From: Mobula hypostoma
Taxonomy: Eukaryota
NCBI RefSeq assembly: GCF_963921235.1
Contig: NC_086097.1
Coordinates: forward strand, 218,118,001 to 218,182,000
Direction: 5' to 3'
Length of the DNA stretch: 64,000 bases
Shown piece by piece: positions 29,186-43,674 of this stretch. A program made the translations under genes and the position numbers. Each line of letters opens with the position of its first letter. Position 1 is the stretch's first letter. The notes below the pieces were generated by a model, which did not search any database, was not told the origin of the DNA, and saw only the letters and a list, made by a program, of their open reading frames with translations.

Positions 29186-30439
29186 TTAAAAGTCTTTGTT
29201 GGTATTTTCAGATTGATAATTGATCTTCTTCATTTAAATGATTAAATGTCTAACATATGAAAACAATCAACTCCAACTTAAAACTGGGTTGAGAATTGAA
29301 CTGAGAAAGATTTTCTAATCCTATATTATCTGCAGTTTTCTCTTTTGCTTTACTTTCACTTTAACTTTAATTTTACTTTTTGATCAAATTGAACAATGAA
29401 ATTAAAAGCCTCGATTATTTGTGCAACAATTAGAGTAAAAATAACTCCACTTCACTATGTCTATTAGATCCTTCAACAGAAAAGTTATGTTTTTTAGCAT
29501 TCACATTTTTAAAGTCCCAGTTCTAGATTTTATTTAACAAATATTTGTTATGTAACCAATGAAGCTTCTCACTTTAAAACAGACTGCTGTAACACATGCC
29601 TCACAAAATATTAGAAGCTTAAAGAGTTCAAAGTATTTTAATGGACAAAATCCATCTTAATACACGTAGAAGAATTAGGACTGAATGTAGGTCCGAGATG
29701 TAACGTGGGATGTGAAGATAGTATACAAGATTAAATTTTATTTATTCTTCCCTGTATATTTTACATGTTAACAAAGGTCTATAATAATATAGGATGCATC
29801 AGAGCAAAGTTGGGATTTTATGGCAAGAAAACATAGTAGTATTGGATAATAAATGAGTATTGGCATAGCTATGATTGGTATTGGTTTATTATCATCACCA
29901 TATACTCTGAGATTCAGTGAAAGCTATCCATGCAAATCATTTCAAAATGTAAGCATTTGAGGTAGTTCCTGGGAAAAGCAATAACACAATGTGGAACATA
30001 ATGTTACAGTTACAAGGAAAGCGCAGTGCAGGTAGTCAATAAAGAGCAAGGGCCATAGCATGATAATCTATGGGATCAAGAATACATCTTTATCATACAA
30101 GAGGTCTGTTCAAGAGTCTTACAACCGCAGATAGAAGCTGTCCCTGATCCTGGTGGTGCATGTTTTCAAGCTCTTGTATTTTCTGCCCGAGGGAACAGAG
30201 AAGAAAAGTGAATGTCCAAGGTGGGAGGGGTCTCTGATTATGCTGGCTACTTTTTTCCAAGACAGTGAAAAGTGAAGACAGAGACAGATAGAGGACTTTA
30301 TAATTATACCTCAGCAATCCTGAGGACCTGGAATTTGTAAAGAAATGTTATAATTTTCCCAAATAACATAACATTTTTCTAACTAACCATCAGGAACTTT
30401 AGAACTTTGATGCATACATAGGCATGAATTTCGTCATTA

Positions 30440-31545
30440 CTCTTCACTCTTCAAAAATTGCTCTCTACCACATAGAGTGGGAATTCATTGCAACACTCCC
30501 ATATCACTCTAAGACCATTTCGAGCCCGTACCTCTCCAAGTGCTCAATGTACCTTTCTCAACCACTTCCACATATTGTATCCACCTCAACTACTTCACAA
30601 ACTCATTCCATATGTTCATCACCCTCTGTGTGGAAAAACTTGCAACCAAGCCATTTTTAAATCATTCCCCTCTCACCCGAAACCTTTGCCCCCGAGTTTT
30701 GGACTTCTCTACTCTGGGGAAAAGATTGCTACTATCCACCCTTCATGATTTTATAAACCCTATAAGGGCACACCTCATTCTCCTATGCTCTAAAAGGATA
30801 AAGCCCCAACTTAGCCAATCTGGCCCTCTAGTCCTGGCACTATCCTTGTAAATCTTTTCTGTACTCCATCCAGTTTAACCACCTCTTTCCTATAACTGGC
30901 TGACCAAAATTGTACACAGTACTCCAAGTGTGGTCTCACCAATGGCTTATACAACTGCAATATAATATTCCAACTCCTATACTTAATGCCCTGACTGACA
31001 AAGCCAGCATGCTAATTGCCTTTCTCACCATTTGATCCGTGACACCGCTTTCAACAAAGCTAATCACTTGTACACCAGCGTGTTGTGCGCGTCACTTGTA
31101 CTCCTGAGTCCCCCTGTTCCATTACATTCCTTAGTGCCTTACAATTCATTGTAAAGTCTTATGTTGGTTTGACATTTCAAAATGCATCACCTCAGAGTTA
31201 TTTGTATTGAACTTCATTTGCCACTCCTTGGCCCACTTCCCTAACTGATGAGATCCCCTTGTAATCTATAACAAACTTCTTTATTATCAACAACATCTCA
31301 GGTTTCATCTCATCCACAAACTTACTAATCAATCCTTCTGCAATCACATTCATATATTTTATATAAATAACAAATAGCAAGGGCCGCAACATCAGTAGTC
31401 ACTAACCTCCATTCCGAGAAATAATCTTCAGCTACCACCCTCCACTTCCTACCTCTGAGCCAATTTTGAATGCATTGAACTAGCTCTCCCCGGATTCCAA
31501 TGGACCTAACCTTCCATACAGCCTTCCACATTGCACCTTGCTGAA
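30440..31545 (-). mobile_element. Old CR1 LINE fragment
   Basis: Degenerate RT peptides (ORFs 31198-31392, 31325-31531). Confidence 0.8.
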
Positions 31546-31595
31546 GTTCAAATTTAAAGTTTGAATTAAGTGGACTAAAAATTTAATAAAACCTA

Positions 31596-32024
<429 letters not shown>

Positions 32025-32321
32025 TTACACAAGCTAATTTTGACATCCTGACTTTCTGCTTTGATATCCCAAAATGATTTGCAAAATAACTAGATGGAAA
32101 AACACAGATCTACTTTATGCAAAAGTTTAAGTCAACCATTGCTATTATCATCAATTTATTTTGCTGTTTATTAAACAATTTTTACTAAATATTTTACCAA
32201 TCATCTAACACTGCATCCAGTACTTACATTCATATTATTGTTTTAAAAAGTAATAATAACTACACCAGTTTCAATAGAACTTTGAAATTTGACCAGAAGA
32301 AATAAACAAGTTTTAACTTGC

Positions 32322-32473
32322 CTGTTCTTTTTCATTATGTGCTCAAAAGGTCTTAAGAAATCTTTCTGAAACCTGAAATTAGCAAGTTCGCCTTTCTCCA
32401 GGAATTTCATTGATAACTGCCTCAGAGAGTCTACAGCAAAAATGGCAACATCTTCATTGGGATTGCAGCCAAC
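32322..32473 (-). CDS. ARFGEF1: ARFGEF1 exon ([51 protein letters not shown]), GC donor
   Basis: taccag|GTT acceptor, AG|gcaagt donor, 152 nt; phase 2 matches the next exon. Confidence 0.92.
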
Positions 32474-32726
32474 CTGGTAATAAATGAGAGTAGTTAACTT
32501 AATGAAATTAATACCGTTGAAGAATATTTTAAAATTTTAATTTATTGAAATTTCATTTTATTCCTTGAACTCAACAATTATAAATGAAATACAAAATATG
32601 CACAATGACGAATTTGGTTTTAATTTCAAAGTCCTGTAACACAGATATTAAGACTAACTGAAATTTCAGAAGAATGAATTGGTGCTGTGCTGAGAGAAAT
32701 TTTGCTGGAAAGTATAAGTAGATGTA

Positions 32727-33231
32727 CAGTACTGTGCAAAAATCTTAGGCACATATACATAATATAGCTAGGGTGCCGAAGACTTTAGCACAGTACTGTA
32801 TTTGTCAACATGGAGTGGAGAGCAAGTTTGTAAATCTGGCTGGAGCAAAGAATGTTGAGATGGAGAGGATGGAGTGCTGTGGGATGGGTGTGGGACAGGT
32901 GGCAGAGTACCAGGGGCTGTGGTTGGCGCGTGTGCACACACAGCCAGCACTGAGACACCAGGCAAGGTAATTTGATTCCAAACAATTGGCTTATTGATTA
33001 TTTCAGAATGTCTCTCTGGTGCTTCGTGCTCTCTCCCCTCTCCTTTTCCCACCAGGATTCTCCTCTCCTTGCCCCCTTCCCACGCTCAGTTCACAATAGA
33101 AACCCATATCAGAATTAGGTTTAGCATTACTCACATGTCATGAAATGTATTCTTTGTTTTACAGCAGTACAGGGCAATAGATAAAATTACTACAGTACTG
33201 TAGTAATATATGTGTCCTTTGCACGATACTG
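32727..33231. mobile_element. Tc1-type MITE with internal TIR copies
   Basis: TA|cagtactgtgcaaaaatcttaggcac; inverted copy at 32773-32798; degenerate copy near 33210-33231. Confidence 0.6.
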
Positions 33232-33416
33232 TAAGACATACTGTATCTAGAGCTGTTGCAGTTAAACAATGTAGAATGAAGTAAATTCACAAGACCATTA
33301 CATGTGAGATGATAAAATACAGTTACAGATAAGAGTAAATCAAGTTAAAAAGTTGAAGTTAAACAAAGAATATCACCAGATGGGGAAATAACACAGAAGG
33401 TGAGGGTTTGGGGCGG

Positions 33417-34090
33417 GAGGAGGAGAAGATGGTGGCGCAATGCAGCACGCGCGGCCTCTCCAGTGATGATTATCTGTAATCTGTCAAGTAGGAGGCCGTG
33501 CACAATTCTGATTTGATGGAGACAGACGTGAGAGCATGGAGGAACATCTGGTGAAACTTCTGAAATGCCTGCTTCGCTGCCGCTGCTACTGTGTGATCTG
33601 AAATCTCCGGAGGGGAAGGGCCCAAATCCTTGGCTTTGCCTGTTGCTTGGCGGCTGGGACCGGGGTCGAAGCACTCGGCAGAGATGGTGCTCGGTGTTGG
33701 AGGGCTGGTCGGAGGCTCGAAGTTTTCGGACGGACTCAAGAGTCGGACTGTGGTCGGGTGCTTCCAGGATGCTGCATCAGCAAGTTTGCGGCGCTGGAAG
33801 CTCATGGCAGGAAGAGTTTCTTCCTTCTACTGTCTACCTGAGATGTTGGGGCTATCGGGACTTTCAGACTTCTTTTTTTACCGTGCCCATGGTCTGCTCT
33901 TACCCAATTACGGTATTGCTTTGCACTGTTGTAACTAGATGTTATAATTATGTGGTTTTGTCAGTTTTAGTCTTGGTCTGCCTTGTGTTTCTGTGATACC
34001 ATACTGGAGGAATATTGTATCATTTTTTAATGCATGCATTTCTAAATGACAATAAACAAGGACTGAGCATCCTCATAATCTAATCTAATA
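33417..34090 (+). mobile_element. Unclassified ~670-bp non-autonomous retroposon
   Basis: CpG-rich head starting aagatggtggcg; AATAAA at 34051; (ATCTA)n tail; partial copy at 617-872. Confidence 0.7.
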
Positions 34091-34979
34091 GACAGAAAAC
34101 AAAATAACACATTAAAACAAGTTAGAAAGAGAACTCTATTGGCCAGAGCAAAGCAAGTTGGAAGCAGGCAAAGGAACAGCCCATAAGGTGGTAATTAATT
34201 AAAAACAAAAAAAAACATTTTATGTCAGGCAGATGCATTTGGAAGATGGATAAAAAAAATTACTACTAAATAAAGATTGGATGAGGTTGTATTAGAAATG
34301 GTATGGTAAGAACTTCATATACATCACTAACATTCAAGCAGTATAAATTAGGAAGCACAGGGGGGAACAAAGCAGCAGCTGTTTATTGGCTTGAATGATG
34401 CCAAGGTAGATTTGAGGATATTGTGGGACATATTGGTTGGTGTTCATAACATTTCCCAATGCAGAAAGAAGACTTTATTTTTATTTAATGACATAATAAT
34501 TGAAGCAAAATATTTTTGAAAATCTTTGCCGAGAGCAGCAGGCATTAAGGAAACAGACCTCAAAAGACTCTCACTTTGGAAATTAAAATCAAAGGACGGT
34601 AAACTCTGGGGAGAAGGCATAGAGGAGTTGCAAAATAGACAAAGGTTAAAATAAATGCAAAACTTGAGTGACCGAAAGCAAAATAAAGAAATGTATAGAG
34701 TGCTATTGAAAGACTAAGGAATCCTATATAAAAAAACTGATTAAGACATAGTTTAGGAAAACTTCATTTAAAAGTAAACAGCATATTTAAGCACCAGGCA
34801 CAATTACATCAGATACATAAGCAGTCCTTTTAAGGACAAGATACTGATTGAACAAAATGTATTTAAAATGATCACAACCATACATAATATGCAAATTGGT
34901 ACAATAGCAGTGGGTGTGAATTATCAACGTTACCAAATTATTAAATCATGTAAAGTAAAAAGACAAATATATTCATTCG

Positions 34980-35560
34980 CAAAAAAACAGGATTTCTCAG
35001 TGACTACCCATTTCATTCTGACTTCTTATTCTCATTCTGACATGTCTTTCCATGGCTTTTTCAACAGCCATGATGAAGAGGAACTCAGGTTGGGAGAACA
35101 CCTCATATTCTATCTGTGTAGCTTCCCACCTGATGGCATGAGCATGAATGTCTCTATGTGCTGGTTACTTCCCTCGCCCCCCCTTTTCTTTCCTCTCATC
35201 CCTTTTCCTCTCCTCACCATTTCATCATCTCCCTCAGGTTCCTATTCCCTTTCAATTTCTTTCATGGTCCATTGTCCTCTCATTAGATTCCTTCTTCTTC
35301 AGTCCTTTACCTCTTCCACCTTTCCCCTTTCAGATTCTTTCTTCATGCCCCTCCCCTCTCAGCTACCTTCCCTCCTCACCTGGTCTCAACTATCACCTGC
35401 CAGCTTGTAGTCCTTCCTCTCCCCACCATCTTATTCTGGCTTTAGCTCCTTTCATTTCCAAACCGGATGATGGATCTTGGCCCAAAATGTCGTCTATTTA
35501 TTCCCCTCCATAGATACTGCCTGACTTCTTGAGTTCCTCAAGCACTTTATTTGTCTGCTG
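34980..35560 (+). mobile_element. Old Penelope-like 3' fragment
   Basis: Relic HSDMSFHG...LRLGEHLIFYLCSFPPDGM; pyrimidine-rich UTR; decayed hammerhead at ~35464. Confidence 0.75.
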
Positions 35561-35569
35561 TTCTATTTA

Positions 35570-35821
<252 letters not shown>

Positions 35822-35882
35822 TTATTTAATGTACTAGTAAAAAATAATTCAATATTATGAGAAATACTCAATAATGACATAC

Positions 35883-35923
35883 CAATAGCATTTCCATCCA
35901 ATCTTGTTGATCCTGTAAAGATC
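35883..35923 (-). CDS. ARFGEF1: ARFGEF1 short exon (RIFTGSTRLDGNAI)
   Basis: ttctag|G acceptor, G|gtatgt donor, 41 nt. Confidence 0.93.
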
Positions 35924-36269
35924 CTAGAATGCAAAAGAGGCAGGTTTTCCATTTTGAGGATTGTACAGCAAGACAAGTGATCTTTTAAAAACATCAAATG
36001 TCTAAAGACTGGGAAAGAGAACATGAACATATTTGCAAGCAAATGGTTGACAGATTTATGAACATTTTGGTACTGATAATAAAATACCTCAATCACTCCT
36101 TATATCCTGGGAAAATATAAATGGGCAACAAGTAGTCATATAATTTTCTTGATCAGTGGGCTTGCAATTCATCCTCAATCACCTAATATTGTAACGCATG
36201 CCCTCTGCACTCATTTTCTGCAATAATATTCACCTGAACAGCAGTACAACCAAAATATAATTTGTTTAG

Positions 36270-37645
36270 ACCATAAGATATAGGAGTAGAATTAGGCCAT
36301 TTGGCCCAATGAGTCTGCTATACCATTTTATCATGGGTGATCCAATTTTTCCCCTCAGCCCCAGTCTCCTGTCTTCTTCCCGCATCCCTTCATACCCTGA
36401 CCAATTAAGAACCTATTAATCTCTGCCTTAAGTATACATAAAACGCCTCCATTGCTGTCTGTGGCAAAGAATTCAGCACATTCTTTCTAAGATAAGGGGC
36501 CCAAACCTGCTCTCAATACTCCAAGTGAGGCATCACCAGTGCTTTAAAAAGTCTCAACATTACATCCTTGTTTTTATTTTCTAGCCCTCTTGGAATAAAT
36601 ACTAACATTGTATTTGCCTTCCTCACCACAGACTCAACCTGCAAATTAACCTTTAGGAAATCCTGCACAAGGAATCCCAAGTCCCTTTGCGCCTCAGTTT
36701 TTTGTATCTTCTCTCCATTTAGAAAATAAGTCAACCCCTTTCATTTCTTCTACCAAAGTGCATAACCATAGACTTTCTGACACTGTATTCCTATCTGCCA
36801 CTTATTTGCCCAGTCTCCTAATTTGTCCAAGTCCTTCTATAGCCTCTCTACTTCCTCAAAACTACCTGTCCCTCCACCTATCTTCATATCGTCTGCAAAC
36901 TTTGCAACGATGCCATTAATTCCATCATCCAAATCACTGACATATAATGTGAAAAGAATCGGTCCCAACACTGACCACTGTGCAACACCACTAATCAGTC
37001 ACAGGCAGCCAGTCAGAAAAGGCTCCCTTTATTCCCACTCTTTGCCTCCTGCCAATCAGCTAGTGCTTTATCCATGCCAGAATCGTTCCTGTAATACCCT
37101 GGGCTCGTAGTTTGTTAAGCAGCCTCATGTGTGGCGCCTTGTCAAAGGCCTTCTGAAAATCCAAGTACACAACATCAACCTATTCTCCTTTGTCTATCCT
37201 GCTTGTTACTACTTCAAAGAATTCCAACAGATTGGTCAGGCAAGAATTTCCCTTGAGGAAAGCATGCTGAATATGGCTTATTTTCTCATGTACCTCCAAG
37301 TACCTTGAGACCTCATCCTTAATAATCGACTCCAACATCTTCCCAACCATTGTTGTCAGACTAACTGGCCTTTAAACTTCCTTTATTCTGCCTCTCATCC
37401 CCCCTTGAAGAATGGAATGACTTTTGCAGTTAACAACAGGAATTCTGCAGATGCTGGAAATTCAAACAACAGACATCACAGTTGCTGGTGAACGCAGCAG
37501 GCCAGGCAGCATCTCTAGGAAGAGGTGCAGTCGACATTTCAGGCTGAGACCCTTGCAGTTTTTCAGTCTTCTGGAACCATTCCATTATCTAATGACTCTT
37601 GAAAGACTAATGTTTCCACGATCTCTTCAGCCACCTCTTTCAGAA
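36270..37645 (-). mobile_element. CR1 LINE fragments with a nested Penelope mini-insertion
   Basis: RT relics (ORF 36513-36734); tail-like accataagatatagg at 36270. Confidence 0.85.
37432..37552 (-). mobile_element. Penelope 3'-end mini insertion, 8-bp TSD
   Basis: TSD ttgcagtt at 37424-37431 and 37553-37560. Confidence 0.85.
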
Positions 37646-38019
37646 CTCTATTATGTGGTTTGTTTAGTGCATGAAACAGAGTATGAATTTCCACCAAAGT
37701 GCATTTTCAACCCAATGATAAGCAGAGAAATGCCAGATCTTGCTCTGGGAGCAAATGAACAATGTCTGTGGTAAGATCAGTGATCACAAAGTCATACGGT
37801 TTAGAATGGCAATAGTAAGGAACAAAACAAAATCAAATATGAAAACATTCAGCAGGAGTAGTGAAAATAATTTTTTGTATGATTGAACTAGTAAAAATAT
37901 TGTCAGATAAATCAAACTAAAGCAACTGAGGGCATTCATAAAGGAGGTACTATATGTACAGTCTAGATGTATCATGCAAGGGGATTTGGTTGTTGAGCCA
38001 CAGAATCATTAAGCATGAG

Positions 38020-38285
38020 AGATAGTCCCTTAGCCTGCCGAATCCCATTTTCATTCTCTCCACATTCCTTTCAACTTCTGACTGATTCTATCATCCACCT
38101 ATACATCTAAAACTTACAGCAGTCAATTAACCTACCAATCCGCAGGGTGGAAATCAAATCACCCAGAGGAAACCTATGAAATTACAATGAATACATTTAA
38201 ACATCACATAGACAGCACCCAAAGTCAGAACTGAACTGAAATAACTGAAACTGAAGCAGCAACTCTGCCAGCTTTGCTACTGATT
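38020..38285 (-). mobile_element. Old V-SINE/HE1-like relic
   Basis: Reverse strand resembles the V-domain (ggtttcctctgggtg...ccaccc) and a tRNA-like head. Confidence 0.55.
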
Positions 38286-38461
38286 TTCCTGGGTGACTGT
38301 ACAATTTGCTTAGTACATTAACATACTGGACAAGGGTCCTGTAATATCTTGCAAAGGAGCTGAATTATCAGATTTTAAGTGACCGAAAAAGTGAAGCTGA
38401 GTGTGCGAAATGTGGCAAATGATCCACAGGTCATATAACTTTCACACTAAAATCAATCTTA

Positions 38462-38698
<237 letters not shown>

Positions 38699-38982
38699 CT
38701 ATATCATGAATAATAACAATGAAAACTGATTTTGTCAGCCTCCACTGAAGCCACTCTGAATTAAAAACTTGGTTGAAATTTGTTAACACTTCAGAAAACA
38801 ATGTACTCTGCTACAAGTTGAGAAATTATAGAAACCAAATCACCTGAATGGCAGGTTTCCTCTCTTAATTCAAAATGAAATGTGATCTAAAGATTAACTT
38901 GAACTCCCTAACTTCTAGTTTGGTTTACTGGTCCTCAGAGACTCAATAGACAATAGACTTCTGTGTGGCAACACAAACTTAC

Positions 38983-39136
38983 CTAATCCAAGACCCAGAA
39001 ATTCATCAGCAGCTTGATGATCTCTGGCTCCAGAAACTGATCCTTCTCTGCCTCGAACTGTTCCAGAAATGTAACGTGCTTTTACTCCTGTACCTATTAA
39101 CTGAGCCAGTTCCAACTGACTAATACATTTTAAGAT
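38983..39136 (-). CDS. ARFGEF1: ARFGEF1 exon ([18 protein letters not shown]...EFLGLGL)
   Basis: ttacag|ATC acceptor, G|gtaagt donor, 154 nt. Confidence 0.95.
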
Positions 39137-39404
39137 CTGTAAAGATGCAAAGATAAAAAAAACACATAACAATCAAAATGAAAGAAATCATTTAAAATTA
39201 TAGAAAGTTTGCCAACTATGAAGCACTTCAACATTAAAGCATGCAGTACAGCCTGTTTTTACTATAATGTCTTGGAGAGGTATAAATGCACATTCGCAGT
39301 TATAGAATAAGAACTGCGACTGAAGAACATAAATGGAGCTAAAATTTGAAAATATGGCATTGCTTGCAGGTTGCCAAACAAATATCCTTGAACAATTAAA
39401 TACA

Positions 39405-40490
39405 GAAACATAGAAAACCTACAGCACAATACAGGACCTTCGGGCAACAATGCTGTGCTGAACATATACTTACTTAGAAACTACCTAAGGTTACCCATAG
39501 CCCTCTATTTTTCTAAGCTCATGTATCTATCCAGGAGTCTCTTAAAAGACCCTATTGTATCCGCTTCCACCACTGTCACTGGCAGCCCATTCCAAGCACT
39601 CACCACTCTCTGCGTAAAAAACGTCTCCTCTGTACCTACTTCCAAGCACCTTAAAACAGTGCCCTCTCATGCTAGCAACACACACAAAATGCTGGTGGAA
39701 CGCAGCAGGCCGGACAGCATCCATAGGAAGAAGCACAGTTGACGTTTCAGGCCGAGACCCTTCAGGACAGTCGAAGGGTCTCGGCCCGAAACGTCGACTG
39801 TGCTTCTTCCTATGGATGCTGTCCGGCCTGCTGCGTTCCACCAGCATTTTGTGTGTTGCTTGAATTTGCAGCATCTGCAGATTTCCTCGTGTTTGCCCTC
39901 TCATGCTAGCTATTTCAGCCCTGGGAAAAAGCCACTGACTATCTATACAATCAATGCCTCTCATCATCTTATACACTGATTGTGGATGATCAGCCATGAT
40001 CACAGTGAATAGTGGTGCTGGATCAAAGGGCCGAATGGCCTACTCCTGCACCTATTGTCTATCAGGTCACCTCTCATCCTCCGTCGCTCCAAGGAGAAAA
40101 GGCTGAGTTCACTTAACCTATTTTCATAAGGCATGCTCCTCAATCCAGGTAACATCCTTGTAAATCTCCTCTGCACCCTTTCTGTGGTTTCCACATCCTT
40201 CCTGTAGTGAGGCAACCAGAATTGAGCACAGTACTGCAAGTGGAGTCTGATCAGGATCCTATATAGCTGTAACATTACCTCTGGGCTCTTAAATTCAATC
40301 CCATGGTTGATAAAGGCCAAAGCACCGTATGCCTTCTTAAACACAGAGTCAACCTGCGCAGCAGCTTTGAGTGTCCTATGGACTTGGACCCCAAGAGCCC
40401 TCTGATCCTCCACACTGCCAAGAGTCTTACCATTAATACTATATTCTGCCATCGTATCTGACCTACCAAAAAGAATCCCCTCATACTTAC
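39405..40490 (-). mobile_element. CR1 3' fragment containing a fold-back Penelope insertion and an opposite-strand CR1 3'UTR piece (~39978-40062)
   Basis: ORF 40000-40452 is a CR1 C-terminus; (CATAGAAA) tail at 39405. Confidence 0.88.
39677..39893. mobile_element. Fold-back Penelope mini element with ~17-bp TSD
   Basis: TSD tgccctctcatgctagc at 39660-39676 and 39894-39910; inverted arms 39675-39763 and 39773-39859. Confidence 0.92.
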
Positions 40491-40850
40491 TTGGGTTAAG
40501 GGCAAGTCAATCAATACTTGTCCTATGAAATCATCTTTAATTACCTATCAGGTGAAAAAAACATGATCCCTGTTTCTGAAGATCATGGGTTTGACATGCA
40601 ATCAGCAGCAAAACACATTTGACATGGCCGCCAAAGAAATCTCCCCCAGAAGTCCAGCAATCTTTGTGGCAACAATTTCTTTTTATCTGACACCTGCTAT
40701 TATCGAGTTTCTGTTCAACACAACTTTAAATATCTAGCAAATGTGGTATCAGCAAATTGGTTAAATCATGTTTTTATATAATATTTTGATTTAAGATTTA
40801 CACATACAATTAAGATAGAAATTGAAATATCAAGTATACTGCATGAAATT

Positions 40851-41516
40851 AGTGTATTCCAGTTAATTGGGGCAGCTGCTTATTTGGGACAACTCTTAAA
40901 GAACAAAACTTCATTGCGAAAATTGCCAGGGGTCCTTTTGTTTATTTGAGCACTATGTCACTTTATTGGGGCAGGAGACAGGGCTGCTGAACAGGTTCTA
41001 TCAAGTATCAGCTGCGTGCACTTGTGTGGCTGCTAGACGCTTCACCAAGGTTAGAACAAATGGTTTTAAATAGCATTGGGGCGGGGGGGGGGGTGGTGGT
41101 GTGTGTGTGTGTGTTCGTTCGTTCAAAAAGCAGTGACTTTTGTCACTGGCATTTGGGGAGAAGTAAGCAGTAGGAGAATTCTTAACTGTTTTGCTCACTG
41201 CAATTTCAAGCATTCAGGCTTGGAGGTGCCAGAAACGGCTGGGCGTGAAAATTAAACTATTTCACTACTTCAATAAGTTAGGAACTAAGAAGAATTTGAA
41301 GGTATCAACAATCATCTTAATGTTGCAATGAAAATGAAGATTTGGAGGATGCAATTGTCAACAGCATTGTATGAAGGCAGTCCAATATCTGCACCAGGTG
41401 TCTGCATTGATTTAGTTCATAGGTACACTGGATGAATGTCAATAATAATTCATTTTTGTCATAATTGGGCCAAAACGTACAGATCCCAATGTGTCCCAAT
41501 TAACCAGAATCCACTG
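40851..41516. mobile_element. Tigger/pogo-like non-autonomous DNA transposon
   Basis: Imperfect TIRs agtgtattccagttaattggg / cccaattaaccagaatccactg|TA. Confidence 0.65.
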
Positions 41517-41629
41517 TATACCTGTAGTTAATTGTATTTTAAAATATTTAAATGAGTGACAAGGTCCTGCATGCCTGCCTATTTGAAAGGATGGATCGCA
41601 TGGGATTTAGGAAGAGATAGCAAATTAAA

Positions 41630-42682
41630 TTCAGAATGGCAGGCGGTGACTAGTGGGGTACCGCAAGGCTCAGTGCTGGGACCCCAGTTGTTTACAATAT
41701 ATATTAATGACTTGGATGGGGGAATTAAATGCAGCATCTCCAAGTTTGCGGATGACACGAAGCTGGGTGGCAGTGTTAGCAGTGAGGAGGATGCTAAGAG
41801 GATGCAGGGTGACTTGGATAGGTTGGGTGAGTGGGCAAATTCATGGCAGATGCAATTTAATGTGGATAAATGTGAAGTTATCCACTTTGGTGGCAAAAAT
41901 AGGAAAACAGATTATTGTCTGAATGGTGGCCGATTAGGAAAAGGGGAGGTGCAACGAGACCTGGGTGTCATTATACACCAGTCATTGAAAGTGGGCATGC
42001 AGGTACAGCAGGCGGTGAAAAAGGCGAATGGTATGCTGGCATTTATAGCGAGAGGATTCGAGTACAGGAGCAGGGAGGTACTACTGCAGTTGTACAAGGC
42101 CTCGGTGAGACCACACCTGGAGTATTGTGTGCAGTTTTGGTCCCCTAATCTGAGGAAAGACATCTTTGCCATAGAGGGAGTACAAAGAAGGTTCACCAGA
42201 TTGATTCCTGGGATGGCAGGACTTTCATATGAAGAAAGACTGGATGAACTGGGCTTGTACTCGTTGGAATTTAGAAGATTGAGGGGGGATCTGATTGAAA
42301 TGTATAAGATCCTAAAGGGATTGGACAGGCTAGATGCAGGAAGATTGTTCCCGATGTTGGGGAAGTCCAGAACAAGGGGCCACAGTTTTAGGATAGAGGG
42401 GAAGCCTTTTAGGACCGAGATTAGGAAAAACTTCTTCACACAGAGAGTGGTAAATCTGTGGAATTCTCTGCCACAGGAAACAGTTGAGGCCAGTTCATTG
42501 GCTATATTTAAGAGGGAGTTAGATACGGCCCTTGTGGCTACAGGGGTCAGGGGGTATGGCGGGAAGGCTGGGGCGGGGTTCTGAGTTGGATGATCAGCCA
42601 TGATCATAATAAATGGCGGTGCAGGCTCGAAGGGCCGAATGGCCTACTCCTGCACCTATTTTCTATGTTTCTATGTTTCTAT
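41630..42682 (+). mobile_element. Young CR1 3' copy inserted into an older CR1 relic (~41555-43670)
   Basis: Near-identical to 2580-3622; open RT C-terminus to TGA at 42584; (TTTCTATG)n tail. Confidence 0.95.
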
Positions 42683-43674
42683 AACCTACCTTTGTTACCT
42701 CAAAGGTAGGAAGCAAACAGTGATGGCTGAAGGTTGTTTCTGGGAGCAGAGGCCTGTGATTGGTGGTGTGTTACACAGGTCGGAGCAGGGATGTTCATTA
42801 ATTATATCAATAATTTGCATATACAAGGCAAGGTTATTAAGTTTGTGGATGATAGTAAAATAAGTGGTATCAGAGACAATGAAGAAGTCAAAAATTGCAA
42901 GGGGATCTTGATCAGCTAGATAAGCAGGCTGTGGACTGGCAAATAGCTTTCAATTTGAACAAGTGCTGCATTTTGGGAAGTCAAACCAGAATACGACTTG
43001 CGCACTGAATGGTTGAGCCCTGGGGAATGTTGTGAAACAAAGGGACCAAGGAGCAGACATACAAACTTCACTGACAGTGGCATCAGAAACAGACAGTGTA
43101 AGAAGTGTATGACCCACTGGCCATTATCAGTCAGGGCACTGATTACAGGAATAGGTGAGACCACACTTCGAGTAATGTGTAAAGATTTTTTTGCAATACT
43201 GTACGGAAGATATCATTAGACTAGCAAGAGTGCAGCGAAGATTTACAAAGGTACTGCCATGGCTTGAGGACCTGAGTTATAGGGCGAGGTTGGTAGGCTA
43301 GGATTTAATTCCTTGAACTGTAAGAGACTGAAGGGTGATCATATAGAAGTGTACAGAATTAAAAGGGGTGTAGACAGAGTGAAAATAATCTTTTTTTCAA
43401 ATCAGGGAATTGAACTTAAAATTGGAGGGCACAGGCTTACGGTGAAAGATTGAAAAGGGACTCCAAGACCCTCTTCATGCAGAGGGTAGTGCATATATGG
43501 AGAAAAAGAAAATATTTTAGGTAGGTATGTTAACAACATGGATATGAAGAGTTCAGAGCGATATGGGCCAAATGCAGACAAATAGGACTAGCTTGGTGAG
43601 CAGCAAGGTTAGCAAGGATGAGTTGGACAATATAGTTTGTTTCCATGGTACATTACTCTATGAATCTGTGACTC

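Noticed and set aside
39764..39800. Functional hammerhead in the 39.7-kb fold-back
   Set aside because: Both arms have lost part of the CUGACGA core at the fold-back junction.
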